Translations under genes and position numbers: made by a program
In this document: one piece after another, positions 56,301 through 64,000 of the stretch
Layout of the letters: each line of letters opens with the position of its first letter
Position numbering within the stretch: the stretch's first letter is position 1
The notes under the pieces: generated by a model
Databases searched by the model: none
What the model was told of the DNA's origin: nothing
Seen by the model: only the letters and a program-made list of their open reading frames with translations
Assembly (NCBI RefSeq): GCF_947568905.1
Contig: NC_079166.1
Location: 45,632,001 to 45,696,000, forward strand
DNA from: Ostrea edulis
Lineage: Eukaryota
Length of the DNA: 64,000 nt
Direction: 5' to 3'

Positions 56301-59300
56301 AATCTCTAGTTTCATCTTTGATATAATATCATGTAACCAAATTTAAAAATGCATTAATTTCACTTTGTGTTTTCTGTATCTTGTCTTGGAGATGGGCAGT
56401 CACTGTGGTTTTTGTTGATGATTAGAGGTTGATACTGCCATCGGGCACTGGTCACTTGCCACTGTCTGATTAAGGATTGATACTGCCATCGGGCACTGGT
56501 CACTTGCCACTGTCTTTTTAATTTTGCTTATAAATGATGTATTCATGACTCAAATGAATTATTCAGATAGAACTCTGCATGGTGCCAATTTCAAGTGGTA
56601 GACAGGAAACATGGTACACTTCAGGCATTAACACTACTTATTATTAACTTAGTAAGCAATATTGTATGGTACCAGCTGTGAGCAGTCAGCTAGATGCAGA
56701 AGAGGTATCAGAATTTTTCTGTTCTGAGGTCATCAGGGAGACAACTCTTATTAATTACTCTATATTTTGGTAGTGGGCTGTTTAATATCAATCTGATTAA
56801 AATCAGATCCTCGATCCGCTCCTTTATTTCTTTTGATTTGTCGCTCGAGTAGCGACAAATCAAAAGAAATAAAGGAGCGGATCGAGGATCTGATTTTAAT
56901 CAGATTGGTTTAATATTTGACACTTTCGTTTCGTTGAATTGACCTGTGATACCTTCATAGTATAACTAATGGAATCATAAAGATCAGTAAATGGTTGATC
57001 CTTCATTGTTCAGAATATTTTTTGTGGTTACAGAGTTTCTCAAGTGGTATGTGTGCTGTATTGTCTTGATTATATCATAATGGTATGCAAATGCATTATA
57101 TATCGTAAACTAATCCATTTTCTAGCCAACAACTGTGATATGCTTATCAGTAACTATGTGTTAGGAGACAGTATTGTGAGAAATGAACATGTCTCAGATT
57201 ACTCCATCCACAATCTTAAATCTAGATAAAATATTCTGGTTCCAGCTGGTACAGACTTTGGTATCTTGTTGATGTGAATTATGTTTATATACAGGTAATG
57301 TTATTGTTTTTGTAGAGACTGCCATAAATACAATATCTGTCCGGTGGTATGTCAGTTATGAAGAAAAGAGACAGAAACAAAAGACACATGCCCAGAAGAT
57401 GATTGAAATGTTTGATCTGCCAACAAAAAAGAAAAAGTTTGAGACAAGACAGCCATTTGATTACTCTGGTACGAGTTCTTAGTGAAGCAAGAAGAATCTG
57501 TATCGATACAAAGTTTATGTATTGAAAATTAATTTTGAAGAAAATTCCACAGACCATATACATGTACACTGATTATGAAAATAATATATGGTAATCACTG
57601 TATATTGGTTGTACATTACTGTAGAATAGTTGTACAGTCTTCATGCTTTAGGTTGATATAAAAATTACTGTAGAATAGTTGTACAGTCTTCATGCTTTAG
57701 GTTGATATAAATTACTGTAGAATAGTTGTACAGTCTTCATGCTTTAGGTTGATATAAATTACTGTAGAATAGTTGTACAGTCTTCATGCTTTAGGTTGAT
57801 ATAAATTACTGTAGAATAGTTGTACAGTCTTCATGCTTTAGGTTGATATAAATTACTGTTGAATAATTGTACAGTCTTCATGCTTTAGGTTGATATAAAT
57901 TACTGTAGAATGATTGTAGTCTTTGTGCTTTAGGTGATGTCGTGGAACAGAAACGTTTGGAAGATGACAAAACTCTTTTTGTTTATAGGGGATTAGAAGA
58001 CCAATTTAAAGAGTAAGATTTTTCAAAATCAATAATTCTCATTGTAATCATTGTTGTTGACATTTGTTAATCATCAATGATTTTGTATATGGATTAGTCT
58101 AGGTGAACATTTAAGGTTTAGTATCATACATACAGTTTTACAATGTTGTTTTGGTTAAGTTCCTTCATATGCATCAATCTTTATTCAAATTTCATCTGAA
58201 TGCACTATAAAAAGGTACCTTATTTATGAAAATGTTTTGTTTTTTAGCCTCCCAGACAATTACAAAAAAGTAACAACAATTGAATATGCAGATGGGGTAA
58301 GGTTACTATTTTAAATTTATGTACATGCATGCTTTATATTAGAAGTATTGCAGTAACTATAATGAATTACTGAGGAGTTATAGTATTAAAATTGAATTCT
58401 TTGATCGGATCCTCTCTTATAATTCTGTAAACCTACACAATCATGTTTTTGCATTGCTAGTCGTCCTTGCCTCTCATCATACTTAGGTACATGTAGTTTG
58501 CTGTATCTGTACACACATTTTAGGATATCAATAATACGATCCAAGGTTGTCTATTTCAATGTTGTGAAATTTTGCATTGTGTAATAATCTCATGAAAGAA
58601 AAGAAAAAGGTAGATGACAGATTTCAGATAAGATTAAATATATACATGTACAGCAAATTTTCTAGCAAGTGACATTTGAGTCCAATTTAAGGTGGAATGA
58701 TACACCTGGTGATTTTTTCTGTATTCCTCATATAATTATCGACACATCTGTAATAACCCCAGATCACAATTATTTGTCTTTCATTTTTCATAATTTTTCA
58801 TTCATTTCTTAAAGAAAATTGAATTTCATTATTTTTCAATTGCATACTCCAGAACTCCTCATTTTGTCTTTTGGGGTATTCCTGTTTACCATATATGAAT
58901 TAAAATACAACAAAACAATATTCTTTAAAGGGACTGATTCACGATTTTCTCCAAAATTTTATTTTTCACTTTTAATGATCAAAATCTACTGTCTAATATG
59001 TTAAAAAGATTTCACATAAAAAATAAGGTTATACATTATCACAGAAGCTCATTTTAGAGAGTTCATTATTTGTTTTGTAAACAAAGATTGCGTTATGTTA
59101 TTGTTTACGAAATTTTCAAAAGTAATGGATATCGATCTAAGTTTATTTCACATTTCAAGCATTCTTTGGGTAAAATGCGTCATCTAAAAGTTAAAATTTG
59201 TGACTATGCAAAATTAAGATGCTTTATATTACAAAATTAACATATCACTGGTTTGTTAGTATACATGAAAAGACTCCAGTCTTTGTTTACATAACACAGA

Positions 59301-61474
59301 TCTACGGCTAAAATAGCTTTCATTCTTGCATTCAGAAGGTCAAAATTTTGGCTGTCAACATTTATTCAGTTATATTTTTAATATTTAGCATCAAAAATGA
59401 AAAATATTATTTTCAAAAATCGTGAACCAGTCCCTTTAAAGAGTTGTGGTTTTTTGTGGGAGTTAACTTTCACTTGTTTATGGAAGATTTGAATCAAGGG
59501 TACCATTAAATGGACTAAACTTTGATCTAGCTAATTTTACAGTGAGTTACAAACACTGATTTCAACCCATACATCCATTTTTTGTTTGTATCAAGTGTCC
59601 TTAAGTTTTGTGTGGTGATGTTCAATCAGGTGGTCACGATATTGTGATTCAATTAAATAATGAAATGCTTTCTTTGTTGTTTCATCAGATGATGAAGGTA
59701 CATGTAGCTAGCATTGCAGAAATATGTAAATTTTTTCTGCAATGATTGCTACCTTCATCACCCGATGAAAAAACAAATAGACATTTTATTGTTTATATTT
59801 ATATTTTTATGAAAGGTGAAGATAACGAGCAGTGATCAATCTCATAACTCCTATAAGCAATACAAAATAGATAGATGGTTGACCCATTTGCTATGTTAAA
59901 CGGAACAACCAATGTAACCTTTGACCTTGATGATGCTCCATATTAGGTAATGATTACACAGACAGGTGCAACAAGCATGCATTCATTGTCATAGATGAAA
60001 GCAATGTCAATTTCAAAAGAAATGAAAGAGAAAAGATTCAATGATTGTAAATATGAATAAATGCAATGCTTAAATTAAATTTGAAAGTTATGCAACATTT
60101 AAAAGTTTGGATTTTAGATGTTTGTAAGACAGAGTTGTGGGGATTGATTTTATGAAAACATTTTTCATTTTTATTGCATCATAGTGCAGTGGTTCTCACC
60201 AGTGTGACCTTAGTTTGATCCTCATGATTGCTTAAAGTTGTATGCGAGTAGCGTCCACTCTAAACATGGTTTACCCTACTCCAACAAGCTAGAGCCTCGG
60301 TTAACGTCCAAGTCAAAAGTATCTGGCCGTGAACCTCTGGCATGCTGGAGTAGGTTTATCTCCTTGCCAATGTCCCTTCACACCAACATCCAGTCTTCAT
60401 AGAAGTCATAGAGCTTGTTTGTTAAATGTCCTGAAATGAAGTTTAAAATTCTTGCAGCAAGAAAAATTAGCTCATAGAATATGGACTATGCAGGAGAAAT
60501 TCCACAACATTTGCAAATATGGAGAGAAGCGTGAAATGATAAGTATGTTGAATAGATTGTTTAGTTCAATGGAAAGGCAGCTGGAATAGTGTTGGAAAGA
60601 ATTAAATGTCATTTATCTGACAAGTTTTAAAAAACAATAATGAATGTGATGAAAATATTTGGGTTCTCTAGAATTTATGGTTATTTTCTTTTGTTCAAAG
60701 TTGCTAGAAAAACTGTCCAGATCAGAAATCTACTGGAGCATTGCAAGAAATACAAAAAGGTAACAATTGCCAAATGATCTAGATGTATGCAAGATATTAT
60801 AAACTGATGCAATGCAATCTTTTCAAGTTTTATTTTTCATGTAATACACATAGTCTGGATTGAGGCAATATAAAATTTTGATATGAATGGTTTAGAAATT
60901 TTTTAGATGTATGTGATTCAGTTCCTCTGTATTACAGGATACCTTGTCTAGAGTGATTCTGCTGGAACAGATACAAGGACGTAAAAAGGAATTAAAGAAA
61001 TTAAGAAAAGCAGACTATAAGAGATTCATGTGGTTACTTCAGGAACTACAAATCAAGTACAAACCTCATCCATTGTATGTTGATGTGAACAGCAGACGTG
61101 CAAGGATGCGGAGGTATTTACGAGAGGAGGCGTGTAGGGAAATTAGAGACAAAATCAACGCTGTGTATGAAAGACTTGACAACGAGAAAGAGAACTTTTA
61201 TGCAAAGAAGGAAAAACAACTTGCAGAGATTCAGAGAGATCTGTTAAGATATGATATCAATGACAGTGAATTGTTAGAAAATGTGAAGGTACTTAGACAA
61301 CAACGGGTTTTAGAGAGACTGAACCGACCACCACCAACGCCAAACACCTACAGCTGGATCCAGGTGGACAAAGACAACAAAAAGGCTCAACGACGTGAAA
61401 AGGAGGCCCACAGAATGAGCATGATCAAGAAAGGAGAGGAGAGGTTAAAAGAAATGGGAATTAAACCAGTGTAA
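53301..61474 (+). CDS. MRPS15: Mitochondrial small-subunit ribosomal protein uS15m (~377 aa)
   Basis: join(53301..53472,57316..57468,57934..58012,58248..58296,60458..60542,60701..60759,60938..61474), in phase. Transit-peptide-like N-terminus; S15 core IARKTVQIRNLLEHCKKYKKDTLSRVILLEQIQGRKKELKKLRKADYKRFMWLLQELQIKY. Exons 1-2 are less certain (in-frame alternative acceptor at 57295). Confidence 0.8.
54315..54596 (+). pseudogene. Decayed ORF relic in MRPS15 intron 1 (family unassigned)
   Basis: Frame-shifted pieces MAIKVHVTVNL*, AYNGWVWDQEEE, ECPDCFLRPRVMDESHRQLL*, NRRKLYKQFWNVLSHHGVWDDDR*. Confidence 0.4.
55378..56310 (-). mobile_element. HINE-like element (reverse orientation) in MRPS15 intron 1
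   Basis: Ends CTCTAGTT (reverse complement AACTAGAG); repeated GATGTGCATATT..GGAGGATC; TCTGTCCGTCTGTC microsatellite at the other end. Confidence 0.55.
56789..56907. mobile_element. Perfect 119-bp hairpin MITE (57-bp arms, 9-bp TSD)
   Basis: Arms 56789-56845 and 56851-56907 are exact reverse complements; loop CGAGT; TSD GTTTAATAT (56780-56788, 56908-56916). Confidence 0.9.
57615..57935 (+). repeat. 47-bp minisatellite ending at the MRPS15 exon 3 acceptor
   Basis: (ATTACTGTAGAATAGTTGTACAGTCTTCATGCTTTAGGTTGATATAA) x6 plus one diverged copy that contains the real acceptor. Confidence 0.9.
58929..59435. mobile_element. Kolobok-like non-autonomous DNA element
   Basis: TIR AGGGACTG(A/G)TTCACGATTTT flanked by TTAA on both sides (58925-58928, 59436-59439). 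Confidence 0.75.
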
Positions 61475-61928
61475 ATAGAAGTGAATCATACTGTTACAAT
61501 GCATTTTTAAACATCTGTATCCAAGGAAAATGGGTGCTAAACTTGCTATCTAAAATAAACCAAAATATCTTATTGTCTGTAGTCTTTAAAGGAATTAAAA
61601 CCTGAGCAGTGTGAGAACAGTATGCATATGATAATACACTGAACATAGAAAAAAAGGTTTAGGTCTATATGTCTAATATTTTCCACTGGAATTTGAATGA
61701 AAGTCTGAAAACAAAATGTCCTATATAACAGAACTTGGGTACGTCTACTGTGATCAGATAACCGCGATTATTCAAGCGTGGCTATTTTAAACGGCAAGTG
61801 AGTACAATGAGTATTTGCTTATGCACAAGAAATCTTTTGAAGTATCTGGACTTGTGTATTTTTGGTTTACAAAACATCTATGATCGTTAATTCATAATGA
61901 AAATCAGATAATTTTCAATTTTTTCTCA

Positions 61929-62324
61929 TTTTTATACGCCCATTTTTAGACATGACATGTTAATGTACAACGATTTGTTTGGTGAACTCCTCTCAGAGTT
62001 TTCAAGTGAGAACCTTTATTTTACAAAGTGTTTATATGGGTATTAATGGTGTGCATGTGGCAAGGATTTTTTATTTTTGTTTCAATTTTTGAGAAAATTA
62101 CAGGTTATTGAACTTGAATTATTGCATAGAGAGTCCAGACGTTTTGAATATTGAGAGGTTGTTGAAATTGGTCAAATTTGCGGAAATATTTTACACACAG
62201 AACTTTTAGTTTGTCTATCTGCCTCCTGTCACAGATACTACCTGAAGCAAATTTCCACTCAAGAAAAACACCCTATGTAAGCATTTTCACGGGCGTATTA
62301 CGTACTGTTTGCGGCACTCTTGTT
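61929..62324 (-). mobile_element. HINE-like element (reverse orientation)
   Basis: Ends CACTCTTGTT (reverse complement AACAAGAGTG); subTIR pair ATACGCCC / GGGCGTAT. Confidence 0.6.
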
Positions 62325-62328
62325 CCAA

Positions 62329-63030
62329 ATGCTACGTAAATCCAAAGAACAGCGTGAACATTTTATAACAGGTATGTCACAAACTGCAGTAAGACAGACT
62401 GGAAACTACCCAGAAGACAGTAAACCTTCTCTGGAGACGTTTACAGATCACCGCATCCACTGATGATCGGCCCCGTAGCGGCAGACCCAGAGTTACATTA
62501 TATGTACGACCCCTAGAGTAGCTGCAGATCTGTAGCGTTATGGTTTTATATTCTTGTCTATGGTCAAAGACAAGAATATAAAACCATAATGCAACAGATC
62601 TGCAGCTACCCCTAGAGAAGACACTTGTTACATTTGCGGAACAGAATTTTAATTGCGGTAAACACGGCTCAGAATGCTTTAGAGGAAGGAACTAGTGCTC
62701 AGACGGTGCGGAACTGGCACAAACGTTGTGCTTTGAACACCCATAGACCGTATTAAGGGACAGAACTCAGATATCGGCACGAAAGAGCTCGTGACTTCGG
62801 GCGCGCCATCACTTGCGCTTCCGACTGCAAGACTGGACAAAGGTGATGTTCAGTGATGAGTCCCGTTTTTGTTTGAAAGTTGTCGACGGTAGGACCCGCG
62901 TCTAGAAGAGACATGGAGAACGATTCCGCTGTTGTAGTAGACGGAAGTAGACAGATTTGCGGGGGTGGAAGTGTAATGATTTAAGGAGGGATTTGTGAAA
63001 GAAATCACACTCGAGTCGTCGTACTGAAGT
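62329..63030 (+). mobile_element. Decayed Tc1-type transposase (3'-truncated)
   Basis: MLRKSKEQRE, DDRPRSGRPRVT, SAQTVRN, HHLRFRLQDWTKVMFSDESRFCLKVVDGRTRV, GGSVMI*GGI. Confidence 0.85.
62519..62608. mobile_element. 90-bp hairpin MITE (41-bp arms, 9-bp TSD) inserted in the Tc1 relic
   Basis: Arms with 2 mismatches around an 8-nt loop; TSD CCCCTAGAG (62510-62518, 62609-62617). Confidence 0.85.
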
Positions 63031-63780
63031 TTGAAGCATTATCAAATGTATATTTAGGCCTTTGTGAATAATATTGTAACATTAGAATCTTATGATTACG
63101 GAATATATTTATAAAAATTTTGATCGATTGAATGTTGTAACTACCTGTAAACAGTTAAGCCATCTTAGTCTAAAGTAATTAAAACAGTTAATTTAAAAAC
63201 AGTTGTTCGATAGGTTTAATTTGTACAAATAGGTTTAGGAAATACTGTTGTAATGATGTAACAATGAATTTGATATTGAAAACACTAATGTTGTTAGTAA
63301 TTATTTTTTTTTTTTTGTTACTTGCGCTAATGTATATTTTCACCACAGTAGTATTTACATGTAATTCAATTCAGTGTCAGCGAAACCGAATTTTGAGTGA
63401 AACGGAACTCAGTTATGTGCACTGAATCATTTTAGAATACTGTTATAATTGATTAATCTAGGACATTTGAAAACATATCAAATTGATGGGGTGTCCCCCG
63501 GGGGCTGAATAGTTCCGACCTCATGATTAACTAATCATTAATTAAATGTCTCGGGTTAGCGGTCAGTCTCGTGACAGAGGTGTGACAGTATTCCCCAGAT
63601 AACGGTGAATTGGACTGCCGTCTCCAACTCAATGTCGCCGAGACTGAGACTGCTCGATAGTGATAGACATCACGGACCACGGATATAAAACGGACCACCA
63701 CAGAAGAGTCCAGCACTTCCAATTTTTATTGCTGAACTTATTAGTACGACAGAAAGGAATCTCACGAATACTAAAGGAAA

Positions 63781-63859
63781 ATGGATCTCTGCAACTCACG
63801 ACTGAATTTGGTGGAGAATGACTTCTTGAAAGTATCCGAGTTCGAGTATGATAATGAAG
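63781..63859 (+). CDS. Candidate first coding exon of an unidentified gene continuing beyond the window
   Basis: TATAAAA at 63684; GAAAATGG start context; MDLCNSRLNLVENDFLKVSEFEYDNE followed by G/GTATTT donor; no family recognised. Confidence 0.3.
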
Positions 63860-64000
63860 GTATTTTTTAAATTCATCTATCACATTAAATCGTACTTAAT
63901 TTGTTTTTTGTTTCACAGTACATAGTAACACGATCGTGTACTTTTTCTAACGAAATTAAAAGTCAAACATAGATAATTTCAGTTGAAGATATAGCCTATT

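Noticed and set aside
56415-56470. TGATGA...CTGA pair resembling a box C/D snoRNA within a 48-bp duplication
   Set aside because: Too short, no terminal stem, no recognisable rRNA antisense element; the D box is created by the duplication junction.
59690-59698. CAG/ATGATGAAG/GTAC 9-nt micro-exon candidate in MRPS15 intron 4
   Set aside because: In frame but not needed to align the S15 domain; no support without RNA data.
60175-60290. tRNA-like sequence (TAGTGCAGTGG..AGTTTGATCC)
   Set aside because: No complete cloverleaf; probably a decayed SINE head rather than a tRNA gene.

Overview
Intron-rich, AT-rich animal genomic DNA, most likely Pacific oyster (Crassostrea/Magallana gigas) or a close relative; the species call is inferred from the 166-bp HindIII/Cg170-type satellite and typical oyster repeat families. 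Five spliced genes can be assembled by hand with GT-AG junctions and consistent phases. Two are tandem GM2-activator-like (ML-domain) paralogs lying in an old ~7-8 kb segmental duplication. The others are cathepsin L (minus strand, 8 coding exons), PACRG (minus strand) and MRPS15 (plus strand); the last two are head-to-head across a ~250-bp promoter with an NRF-1 palindrome. The rest is dense with repeats: SINEs, Helentron-associated elements carrying satellite arrays, IS3EU-like foldback elements, hairpin MITEs with 9-bp TSDs, and Tc1, Gypsy, RTE, L2 and Penelope-like relics. The most striking signal is three minimal type I hammerhead ribozymes on the minus strand, two of them bounding a 352-bp tandem unit (retrozyme architecture, predicting a ~352-nt circular RNA). 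All coordinates were read by eye; repeat boundaries are approximate and no database search was run.
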